Assembly: GCA_030704615.1 (NCBI GenBank)
Contig: CM060733.1
Location: forward strand, 54,560,001-54,624,000
Reading direction: 5' to 3'
From: Takakia lepidozioides
Taxonomy: Eukaryota; Plantae; Bryophyta
DNA length: 64,000 nucleotides
Of the stretch, positions 11,167 through 21,483 are shown piece after piece. The notes under the pieces were generated by a model. That model had not been told where the DNA came from and made no database searches. It saw only the letters and a program-made list of their open reading frames with translations. The position numbers and the translations under genes are program-made. Position 1 is the first letter of the stretch. Each line of letters opens with the position of its first letter.

Positions 11167-14100
11167 GTGGGCACCATCGAGTTGGATGATTTTATCCAAG
11201 AGTTTGATAGTTGGTGTGATTTGCAGCAAATGCGCAATCCACAACTATTTACGCCTTTCATGGCATGGAAGGGGCTGTTTCAGCACCTTGAGGGGCCGCC
11301 TATGGATGATTACCATGAGTTCAGGCGGGGGCATGAGGTTGAAATCGAGGAGTGGAGGATGTACTGGTCACCCGACTATGTCTCCATCACTAGGGGCACT
11401 AGAGCCACGAGGGCAGTGGCTACACCTGCCGCTGCACCGACAGCTTCAGCAAGCAGCAGTGGGACTGGTGGTACAGTAGCTACGACGTCCACCCAAGCCA
11501 CTACCGCACCAGCACTAGCACCCGTGCCTGCCTTCAACCCTGTTGTGGAGTTCTTCGAAGAGTTGAGAGGGAACTACCAAGGGGTGAGGACAGAGAAGTT
11601 GCGGAGCTTGCAAGAGTTCCAACGGAAGCCGACCGAGAGCTTGAGGGAGGCTTTCACTCGCATGAGGCGCTTGATAAATGTAACCCAAGGGGTTACGGAA
11701 GCTCAGGCAGTCCAATTCTGGTATGGGATATTGGACAAGGAGCTGAGGAGAAGGGTGCGGGATGCAACTCTCCTACAAGCGGCCCAACCTACCTTAGCAA
11801 ATGTGTTTTTGCTGGCAGAGCGGATAGAGCTCAACATGGTGGAGGAACGAGTGGTCATGGTGGGATTTGCTAAGGAGACACCACGGGGTAGTGGTGGTCC
11901 TAGCCAACCACTACCTCAACGTGCTCAAGGCAACAAGGGGGCTCAGGTGAAGCTCAGGGAAGGGCAGAGAGGACCTCAGATGCAGGGGTCTCTCCCTTCA
12001 TTTGCTGGCCAACAACGGGCGGATGTGGTGTGCTGGACATGTGGAGGACCCCATGTCAAGAAGGATTGTCCAGAGGGAGGCAAAGGGCCGGCACATGCAC
12101 AGCCTGCACAGTTACAGTGTGGGCATTGTGGCAAACACGGGCATGGAGAGGCTCAGTGTTATGGTTTGCATCCTGAGTTGCGCCCAGGCCAGTTCCAAGG
12201 GAACAATGGTGGCCGGGGGCGAGGTGGAGCAGCCCAGAGGGGACGAGGTGGCCAGCCACGAGGCCAAGGGCAAGCTCAACGTGGCCAAGGACGCGGAGGT
12301 CAGGGTGTTGACCAAGGCATGGCCAACCGGCTTCAGCAGCTAGAGCAGAGGCTCGCTGCCATGGCTACAGCTCAGGTGGTACCGGCTCTAAGGCCGGATG
12401 GTCCAGCTCCTGCTCCTGAGGGAGGAGATATGGGAGGCATGGGATTCATGTGTGGAGCAGCACTACCACTAGTGCAGGTGGAGTCTGCTGCAGCCGTGAC
12501 TCGAGGAGCAGCACGAGTTCCTGAGCCACGAGGTGCAGAGGTGGAGTTGGATCCACAGCGTGGGGAGGCAAGCCGTCAGGCTAGGCTTCCTCAGTCATTC
12601 ACATTGGCGGAGACAGTGTCGACGCCATCCATGGCACCTAGTTCTCGCCCGACTGTTACCGAGGCGGAGGTCACTATGCCATTGGGGAGAGCTACACGGG
12701 GAGCACCACTACCTAGTGTTGCCAAGGCTACGGCAGCTAGTGTGCTGCTAGGAGCGGCCACATCAGTGTGCCAGGCTCCATTGTTCTCGGCTACCATGAT
12801 TTTGACGCCGGGGGTAAGACCAGCTGAGGTGTTCAGGCTGGCAGCTACACTCTGTGAGAGTGGGGAGGTTACTTCATCTTCTGCGGAGATAGTGGGAGGT
12901 GTAGTGCCGGAGGGATCCTCGGATTTGAGGGTCAAGACTGCCACGGCGGCGCCATGGCAAGCTGCAGCTGCCAGGTTGATGGAGCTGCCAGCTAGGCCAG
13001 CCATTGAGCGCGCCATGGTGACACCTGGAGTTGTCATGTTAGACAACCAGGATGGCATTTTCTGTTTGAGTGGACCGGCAGGCAAGAGGTACCGGCCACT
13101 GCGAGTCTTGTTGGACTCGGGAGCTCAGCCACTGATGCTGGGCAGAGCTGCTATTGCAGGCTTGGGCCTCACGGAGGCGGATATGGAGCCTTGTCCTTTC
13201 CAGATACAGACGTCTCTCGGAGGATCGGAGCAGGCTCGGGGCATGACACGGCATGAGTTGGCTATCAGACTACGGCCGGATCACCCTACAGATGGCTCAG
13301 TGATGCGAGCCAAGGCCATTGTGACAGACGCAGTCTCATACGATGTCCTGGTTGGTGGGGCAGTGTTGTATCCCATGGGCTTCACCCTGGATTTTTGGGA
13401 GGAGTCAGCTTCCTATAGGCCTGCATGGCAGTCAGGGGAGGGCCGGCGTGTGCAGCTGCCTGTGACGTTCATAGGAGGAGTTGCGGTTGCCCAGCGAGGC
13501 AAGATGCCGACACTAGCAGCATTCACAGCGGCAGTGAGTTGGCCTAGAGAGTTGCTTGAGGGCAATGCTCATTCAGAGGATGTACCACCTCCGGGAGAGC
13601 AGGATGACATGTATGGTATGGCGGAGTTGCCTACCATGGTTGCTCAGACTCCATTGTGGGGCACGAGCAAGGATTTGCAGCGGGATGCTGATCGACGGGT
13701 GCAACAAGCCTGGGTGGAGGCTTTTGTACCGTCAGGAGAGGAGGAGAGTGTGGGGATTGCACCAGGACCACCTCAATTGTCTCCATTGGACACCACACCT
13801 ATTGTGTGGCAGTCTCCGGATGAAGGCATTTGTCTTCTGGACTTGTTTGGCGGGATCAGCACCGGATTGGCTGCTGTGTTACAGGCAGGTGTACGAGTTC
13901 GGCGTTACCTGTATGTGGAGAGGGATGAGACTGCACGACGTGTTTCACTTCGCCATGTTGCTCAGTTGGTGCAGCGGTACCCTGAGTTGTTGTCGGTGTC
14001 TGCAATTCGTGGATATCAGCAGGCCTTGCCAGCAGACATTTCGTTGCTGGGGGCGCAGGATTTGGAGCGGGTTGGCTCCATTGATCTGGTAGTGGCAGGT

Positions 14101-15075
14101 TGGCCCTGCCAAGGGCATTCATCAGCCGGGCATGGCAATGGATTGCGAGACTCGAGGTCGGGTCTGTTTTGGGAGATGGTGCGGGTTTTGCGCCACTTGC
14201 AGCTTCATCAAGCTGTATCTCCAGCATACATCTTGGAGAATGTGCCACTGATGGGCGATTCTCGGGCCAGGGTGATGGCCAGTGTGCATCAAGTCCGGTC
14301 GTGGCTTGGGTCAGCAGTGTTGCTGGATGCAGCTACAGTGGGGTCACGGGCTCATCGTCCACGGCTATGGTGGACTAACATGATGCCACCCGCACTGCTC
14401 AAGCGTGCATTTGATGGGGTGCAGCGGCCAGCACATCTCACAGTGGATAACATTCTGGACACAGGGAGGCAGTCTCAACGTGTGAGACACGATGACCGTT
14501 CGCCTTTGGCAGTGGTCAACAAGGTGGGTCAACCACGAGCAGCATTACCTACACTGCTCAGCTTCCCAGGATCGCATGCTTTCCGGGATAGTGGACCGGG
14601 CCTCCTGTGGGATGCTCAGTTGCAGCAGTTAGTGGAGCCTAATGCTGACGAGCGTGAGCGGGCAATGGGTTTTACCACTGGTACCACGGCGGTGTCGTCT
14701 CTTTCTGAGGCATCACGTCGTCAAGTGTTGGGGCAAGCAATGGATCTCAATTGCTTGACCTGGATTATCAGCTTGGCTCTAGCTGAGCAACGCAGAGTGC
14801 GGAATACACTTCCCTCAATGGTCTCTCTGCCTACCGAGACGGTACAGGCAGTGAGTGGGGGCGAGCATATGAGGACCACGGGGTGCATGCATCCATGGCA
14901 CACGTGGGAGGTGCTCGAGGTTCAGAGGGAGTTGGCAGCCAAGGCGGCTGTGATGGATGAGGGTGGGGATTCTTCTCGAGTTGAGGAGGTCCTCAAGGAT
15001 GAGATGATGGGGCAGGATGATGCCTTGTCATTGACTGAGCAGGTAGGGAGTACTGCTCAAGAGGTTGCAGCATAG
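11167..15075 (+). CDS. Gag - aspartic protease - DNMT3-like cytosine-C5 methyltransferase polyprotein (1302 aa ORF)
   Basis: Retrotransposon gag core; zinc knuckles CWTCGGPHVKKDC (12031) and CGHCGKHGHGEAQC (12118); protease LLDSGA (D at 13114). C5-MTase motifs: I LDLFGGISTG (~13837), IV GWPCQG (14098-14115), VI ILENV (E at 14236), VIII AHRPRLWWTN, IX ERERAMGF, X RRQVLGQAM. An in-frame upstream segment (10909-11148) is separated by a TGA at 11149. Confidence 0.92.
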   Translation: MGTIELDDFIQEFDSWCDLQQMRNPQLFTPFMAWKGLFQHLEGPPMDDYHEFRRGHEVEIEEWRMYWSPDYVSITRGTRATRAVATPAAAPTASASSSGTGGTVATTSTQATTAPALAPVPAFNPVVEFFEELRGNYQGVRTEKLRSLQEFQRKPTESLREAFTRMRRLINVTQGVTEAQAVQFWYGILDKELRRRVRDATLLQAAQPTLANVFLLAERIELNMVEERVVMVGFAKETPRGSGGPSQPLPQRAQGNKGAQVKLREGQRGPQMQGSLPSFAGQQRADVVCWTCGGPHVKKDCPEGGKGPAHAQPAQLQCGHCGKHGHGEAQCYGLHPELRPGQFQGNNGGRGRGGAAQRGRGGQPRGQGQAQRGQGRGGQGVDQGMANRLQQLEQRLAAMATAQVVPALRPDGPAPAPEGGDMGGMGFMCGAALPLVQVESAAAVTRGAARVPEPRGAEVELDPQRGEASRQARLPQSFTLAETVSTPSMAPSSRPTVTEAEVTMPLGRATRGAPLPSVAKATAASVLLGAATSVCQAPLFSATMILTPGVRPAEVFRLAATLCESGEVTSSSAEIVGGVVPEGSSDLRVKTATAAPWQAAAARLMELPARPAIERAMVTPGVVMLDNQDGIFCLSGPAGKRYRPLRVLLDSGAQPLMLGRAAIAGLGLTEADMEPCPFQIQTSLGGSEQARGMTRHELAIRLRPDHPTDGSVMRAKAIVTDAVSYDVLVGGAVLYPMGFTLDFWEESASYRPAWQSGEGRRVQLPVTFIGGVAVAQRGKMPTLAAFTAAVSWPRELLEGNAHSEDVPPPGEQDDMYGMAELPTMVAQTPLWGTSKDLQRDADRRVQQAWVEAFVPSGEEESVGIAPGPPQLSPLDTTPIVWQSPDEGICLLDLFGGISTGLAAVLQAGVRVRRYLYVERDETARRVSLRHVAQLVQRYPELLSVSAIRGYQQALPADISLLGAQDLERVGSIDLVVAGWPCQGHSSAGHGNGLRDSRSGLFWEMVRVLRHLQLHQAVSPAYILENVPLMGDSRARVMASVHQVRSWLGSAVLLDAATVGSRAHRPRLWWTNMMPPALLKRAFDGVQRPAHLTVDNILDTGRQSQRVRHDDRSPLAVVNKVGQPRAALPTLLSFPGSHAFRDSGPGLLWDAQLQQLVEPNADERERAMGFTTGTTAVSSLSEASRRQVLGQAMDLNCLTWIISLALAEQRRVRNTLPSMVSLPTETVQAVSGGEHMRTTGCMHPWHTWEVLEVQRELAAKAAVMDEGGDSSRVEEVLKDEMMGQDDALSLTEQVGSTAQEVAA

Positions 15076-15575
15076 CAACCACGGGACGCGTCCTCTACCT
15101 CTAAGCCCACTGGACTTAAGGTTGTAGTTACGGAGGACAATTGGGAGCCTGACATTGGACCCATTGTCACCGGAGGAGAGAGACGACGTATACGGCGGTT
15201 CCTGAGGGCTTACAGGAATTGCTTCGCCTTCAGTTTGAAGGACTTGGGAGCACTGAAGGGTCAAGAGATCCGTATTGAGTTGGCCACTGACACGCCAATC
15301 TTTCGGAGACCCTATAGATACAGTGACATGGAGAGGTCTTTGATTCAGATGAGGACTCAAGATCTCTCGGAGGCAGGTTTGGTGGAGCTCTCTGGTGGAG
15401 AGTATGCTTCAGCCACAGTGATGCCAGCCAAGAAGGATGTCTATGGCAATTGGACGGAGAGACGTATGTGCGGTGATTACCGGCCTGTAAATCGTCAGAC
15501 CAAGTCCGATAAGTATGCCATGCCAACACCAGAGGAGATCTTTGATGCCATCGGGCATGCTGAGGCCTTTAGCAT
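15076..15575 (+). pseudogene. N-terminal part of Ty3/Gypsy reverse transcriptase, in frame after the TAG at 15073
   Basis: YRNCFAFSLKDLG...RRPYRYS...YASATVMPAKKD...RRMCGDYRPVN...YAMPTPEEIFDAIGHAEAFS, then similarity breaks just before the expected LDL catalytic Asp. Confidence 0.9.
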
Positions 15576-15659
15576 CGGACTTCCTTTATTGTTTAATGTT
15601 TTGTTGTTTATTCACTAGAACTGTGTGTCCCTGTTGTGTGTTGGTCTGACATGATGTTC

Positions 15660-17560
15660 CTCTTGACCAGGAATTTTTGCAAGCCTCACAACTTATATTA
15701 GAAATGCTTAGCGTTAAGGAGGTCATGACCTTGGTCCTTTGCGATGATGATGTTTGGGAGAAGTGGCATGAGGTTTTCAGAAAGTGGGAGAAGGGAAACC
15801 TCTTGGACATTAACGGAAAGAAGCACAAAGGTGTACAATCGCAGCTAACAAAATCTGCAGTCTGCAAACTCCAGGGATTGAATCTCTTTCAAATGAAGAA
15901 GGTTGCGCAGAAGATTTTGGACTTGAAGATCTGCGTTCGTGGTCCTTACAAAGGGAAAAAACCCCAAGATTCTCTGCCTGTCCGATTACATCGATCGAAT
16001 AAAGGACAGGCGATTTATCATCGATGATATTATGGTGGTATTGGGATATGATGCCAGGAGCAAGCAGCATCTAGAGCCGTACACAAAAGCAGAATGGCTC
16101 GAAGTGAAGAAAAGGTACAAGTTCAACAAGTCGAAGTTCGAGACATTCCGATCGAAATTGGGGGCCAAATACATGAAAAGCAAAGTAAACATGAACATGA
16201 AGACCGAGAAAGTGAGTGACGCTTTCATCAAATACATGCTTTCATGCAAGAAAAGGGTTGAAGACATGGAGAAGGAAATGGGCAACCTCAAGGATACATT
16301 CAAGTCACATTACCAGTGCATTGGAGGGAAGCGGAGGTTCACGGATGCCAAAACACAGTTGAAAATTGTGAGAAAGAGGGATTTCGATAACATCGCAATG
16401 GTGTCCGTCAACACAGTCTGTGACAATGACTCAACTGTTTTCATGCAAAGAAATTACAAGAATATTTTCGATGCGTTCTTCGAACAGTAGCTAAGCCTCA
16501 ATGCATTTGTTTTCTTTTCGACGCAGAGGTCTTCTTCCAATCTCGTCTCGTACATAAGGTTTGGCGAGGGGCGGGACAAGTATATTCTGCTTCAGGGGTT
16601 GTATCTTCCTGGAGAGTTCGACAATCCTTACATGAGCCGGCCAAAGTCATTTTCAATGCCACTCATGTGCCTTGATTACGTATTTCCTGCTACAACTGCC
16701 CAGATTGAGAACCACGAGGAGCACCTGCAGGGAGTGCTGATGTTCAACCCCATTAAACTAGTGATTAAGGCTCCAGACATTGAGCTCACGGAACACGAGA
16801 AAGACTGTGCTGCTTATGAACACGAATTGCGGGCAGAGTCGAGCGACTACATTGCATCCTTGTTCTGTGATGAAGGGATGGTGGCTGTCAACGTTTTTGG
16901 AGGCGTAATGTTAACATCGGCTCTCCACGTAAGCATTTGATTTCCATTTCCATTCGATTTCCATTTCCATTTCCATTTCCAAAAGACATCTTTGGAACCT
17001 CGTGCGATCACGCGTTCATCATGTTTACTCAATGGTTGGCATCTTTTGCACGCTAGGAACGTCCATGTCCTCGATATAAATCACAACCTGAAAAAGAAAT
17101 TATGCGCGAATAAGGTTGCCGCTAACTACACACTCCTCCACACGGAGAATGAGGACGGAACCGAGGTTGGTGATGACACATTGGGAGGGCAGGAGACCCA
17201 CAGGCACAATGGCGAAGGAAATGACGATGACGATGACGATGACAGACAAAGAGATCTGGAGACAGAGCAAAACCAGGAAGAAGGTGACGGAAACGAAACG
17301 TTGGAGAAAAATGAAAGACATGAGGGAGGTGAGGAAGGCAAGGGCGACTACCAACACGATGATGCCGTCAACAATTTCTTGGAAGATGAGATAGAAAAAA
17401 TTGAGCAAGGCAGAAATCCACCAGTTGAACAAGCAGGGAGGGTAGTACCAAAAGAAAGCCACCATCCACAGGCCCAGACAAATACCCGTGAAGGAGACAA
17501 TCCCGAGACAATTGTGTTGTCTTCTTCTACTGAAAGAAGTGGGGGGAGACAATGTAAAGG
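15660..17560 (+). pseudogene. Degenerate multi-exon gene of element A: helical region, weak amino-MTase-like motif X/I/II remnant, acidic tail
   Basis: Fragmented ORFs 15677-16490, 16599-16940 and 16992-17564. ELRAESSDYIASLFCDEGMVAVNVFGG...RNVHVLD loosely resembles EKP..LI..FS.EGD.VLDPFGG...GR..IG.E. An element-A palindrome lies at ~17000, in a putative intron. Confidence 0.35.
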
Positions 17561-18349
17561 ATAACGCTGCTTCTAGAGACGTCTTCAATAAGGAGATTTC
17601 AGAAATAGACTCAGGGATGGGATTCAGTCCTGGGAGGGGGATATGCCATTACGGATGTCACCATATCAAGGTTTAAGCCAACGAGTTAGAGACATCGTTG
17701 ATGGTCAGGCTTCTAAGGCATTGGTTGACGATCAAAACTCTGTTGAAGTGAGTATTGCAGATTATGAGCTGTTCTGACACTTGTAAAACCCAATTTATAA
17801 CAAACTTGATATAACATCAAAATCTTTTACCAATGGAACTATTAACCTATTGCACAGTGATAGTCTCGTAAATGAATCGAAATTTATATGGAAGTCTAAT
17901 CGTCCGCATTTTCTGTAGATCCGCGAGTCCAATACGGAGGAAATGACACATACTAGAACAAACGACACACAACAGCGTACAATGACGAAACAATACGACT
18001 TGAGAGTGAGGATATCGTCGCCCAAGGTGACAGCTTCAGAAACCGCGGGCGATCGCGCGAGGTTACTTATGGGAAGAGTCGACAAAAACATACTGGACGG
18101 CGAAAGACCCATCGCCGGTGAAATTGGCGGCGAAACCTCATCCGGCTTGGAGCAAGTGCCGCCAAAGCTGGTACTTCATTCTCCGCCTTTTGCTTTCCTT
18201 TATGCATTCCATTGCGAAAAAATTCCAATGAATTAATAATGATTTCCTAATGGGCAGGATGATATGATCTATCCACCACACGACTATTCCCAAGATGTCC
18301 AACCCGCGGATTTCTTTGCTCTTCCAATGGGTCCAAATGGATGTCAGCC

Positions 18350-19390
18350 CGGATATTATGTCCTGGTTCTGGATGTCGGGTTCCTATGTGAGGTCTACCT
18401 CCAGAATGGGCCAAAAACCCCTCTCGCAACTCGGCCTTGTATATCCGCTGGAAGATTTAAGTTAGCAATGCGACATGAGGTGGGAAACTTCCTCAAATGG
18501 GTCGTCAAGAAGTTTTGGGTCATCTTATAGAACAGTGGCAAAGAAGAGACTGTCGTGGATTTCAAATCAGCCTTGTTCGGGAGGAATGCCCACAAGGTCA
18601 TCCATTACAGTTCCGACCAATGTGTGGAACATAGACTTACTTTCAACACATATTGGCCTACGCTACCTAAGGCCCCAATCTACTTCAAACGACTTTATGA
18701 CTTGTTCGTAGACCCCGACTCTAAAGCCTACAGGTCTAACACCCTGCTTATCGACGTCGTTGGGAACATGTACAAGTCTTTCCTCAATCCTCTGAGCCTG
18801 GTCATCTTCCTACCTAAATACGAAGCACTTGTAGATCCATACAAGGATGATTTTTTTATGGGTCATCTGAAGCCCCACCTGGAGAAGTTGAAGCCTTCAA
18901 AAATGGACACTTGGGCCTTCAATGAGCAGAACCCTTTTGGAATACCTAAGGATATCTACTTTCAGGATGCTATAGTGAAATTCATTAATCGTTGGGACTT
19001 TCCATGGCCTAAGAACAAGGAGGAATGGGATGCACAGCTGGACATATTAAGCCTGGAATAAAATATCTTATTAAAGATATTAAGAGTATTATCGTAAAAT
19101 TTAGTGGGAAAGAATTTGCTAGGCAGGGGCAAATTCTATTGGTCGACGATGACCCTTCCAAGGCACTCCGAAACCAAGTGAATACTGGAGTCTTCCCCAT
19201 CACATTCAAGGAATCAAGCAATTTGGAGGATTTGGTTGACCTCACCAAAGCTTTGTGGCATTTTCTCTCTGGCTTGATTGGAGCCCAGTCTGCTGTTGAT
19301 TACGTCGGCAAGAACTCTTGCAAATCTTCCTGCCCTCCGATAGGTCGAAATCACCTCTACAGTCTGGCCCTGGTTTGGAAGATTTATTGA
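18350..19390 (+). pseudogene. Two tandem FCP1/NIF-family (CTD-phosphatase-like, HAD fold) domains, degenerate
   Basis: First: VLVLDVG...MRHEVGNFLKWVVKKFWVIL*NS...SNTLLIDV..YKSFLNP...FNEQNPFG. Second: KYLIKDIK...QILLVDDDPSKALRNQVNTGVFP...FLSGL..AQSAVDYV. Both match the plant FCP1-homology pattern SNTLLLDDSPYKALxNPxxTAIFP...YVEQNPFG. Stop at 18528, frameshift ~19055. Confidence 0.7.
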
Positions 19391-21483
19391 TGCTTCTGTT
19401 TGGCACCCCCTTCAAAAAGATCCCGATTATCTGGGTACGTAGTTTAACATTGATCTATTTTGTGTGTAGTCCATCAGCTTTACTTCAACCTCCATTTGTA
19501 CTTATTCGTTTGTTGACTTCACATGACTTTTGTGAGATCAATGATATTTCAATGATCTTTGTATTTTCCTTAACAATTCCTTTCTGAGCTGCCTCCACAC
19601 AGTTATATTCCAGTGTCAAGTTCAGAATCAAACTCGACAGGAGAAGAAAGAGGAACGACAGCGAAAGGCTGAGCAGAGGGACCGCGAGGCTTTACATTTG
19701 TCAGGGTCATCAAGTACAGCTACCAGTGAGGTGTCTGGTCATATCTTACATCAATCTCCCACTGTATCCATCTCCTCGGGTGCACATAATTCCGCCATCA
19801 GTGGTAACCGACGGCGATCTCGAACATATGCATTGAGTGTGAGCCGTTTGGGAAGCAACTCTGTATTATTGATGAAATAAACTATGGCCGGCCTGTTCAT
19901 TACACACATACGTTATTTAACTTTGTCAATGTTATGCCAGATCCTTTCGGCTGCAATGTTAGTCATCGAAGTTTGAGAGAAATCACGCACGATCGCGCGT
20001 GGTTCTTTCATATATCCTCTTGTGGAGCTAGCATGGATCAGCAGTGCCATCAGATGCTATCAAAACAAGTTGACTTCATTGTCAGTTTAAGCAATAACAG
20101 ATCAGGCTGGAGGCTGGAGGAGGTTGGAGGAGAAGAAATTTTCCGATGTTTTCATATTACGATGGGGAACAAGTGGCACAATCATCGTCTATGACTGAAT
20201 TCGGGTTCCTATCTCATATTTCAAGCTCCCACGATGGTCGTCTCATTTGATCCTAAGCGAATTGTGAAGCTCTGTTAAAATCTCTCTTCAAATGGATTGA
20301 AGTAATTTTGGCGGCTTCGAAATTCCTCCCCTGACGAACTGATGGCCACCTTGTGGTTGATTGAAATCTGGATGCACTCGGCTCGTTGTGGTTCTCAATG
20401 GTGGTAGAGGCAGAGATCTGTCGCGTGATCACTCGTGGTTCGAAAAGCGGACTTCAGCATCGTCCTAGTTCTCCAGCCGACTGCCAAAGTGTTATATTAC
20501 CTCAACAGTGCCACATGTGATTGGTCAGAGTGATGTTTTTTCTATGCTCACGCATTCAACAACGAAAATGTTGTCATTTGAAGATGTGATGATTCTGCAG
20601 GCATAGTGAGTTACTTTAGGTCAGTTACAGCAAGGGAACTCAAGGTATTCGGATAATCCGTCCTAGAATATTTCACACCATCATCCTGGATGATTCATTG
20701 ATGTGTTTTAGAACATGCACTCAAATCATCGAGGCTGATGGTGTCACTTGTTCCCTGGCAGATTGTTCAAGTATCTTATAATCCTAGTCTTTAAGTTATT
20801 TGAAGTTAATCAAATCTCCAATAATTGACAGCATCCTCGTGGTGTTTTATTTGGTTCTTATATCCTTCGTTTGGAGATCCATTATTCTTTTGAGGACACC
20901 AATGATTAACATCGCGCGATCACGCGTGCTTTTCTAAGAGCTGACATGTTCTGATGTCCACATTGCACACCAAAATGGTGTTACAAGGAGGCAGAATGTC
21001 AGCAATTGAACGTCAATCTCCAGCCACATTCCCGTCATTTTCATGTGGACTGGACGCCAAAGGAGGAACACCGTCGCTAACAATCTCAACAATCATATGT
21101 ACTTCAAAGTGCTTGATACTGCGTATATTCATGTAGCTGATTTCTATAGGAGTCTTTTTGCTATTCCCATTCCAACAACATCAGATCCACTGAGACTGCC
21201 ATATTCCGAAATCGGAATCAGGCATAGGGTTGTAGAAAAAAGGGCTTCTGGGGACTCGCAAGAAACGATTTTCTGGCAAAGAATGGCGGATGCGATTTTG
21301 TCTCTTCCTCTGCAACAGGGTCCGATTCGGGCAAGTCTCCCAGCATTTCCTCATCAGACGACTCTGCAAGGCTGAGTGTATGCACAAACAGAGAATGAAG
21401 CACATTAGAACATTCAAACAGGGAATCATCGGCAGGTTGCATGGCCCCTATAACCGAAACCAATACACTTACTATGGTGCAAC

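Larger units (their letters stand above)
7370..15575 (+). mobile_element. Ty3/Gypsy LTR retrotransposon carrying a C5 DNA methyltransferase domain, 3'-truncated inside RT
   Basis: The 5' edge at TGTCAAG (7370) is inferred from the TG start and a composition switch. Long leader with tandem repeats, then gag-PR-DNMT-RT in one frame. No RNase H, integrase or 3' LTR follows. Confidence 0.8.

Noticed and set aside
11167-15075. Bacterial contamination or restriction-modification system
   Set aside because: The MTase is in frame with gag, protease and RT, and the contig carries spliced plant genes.
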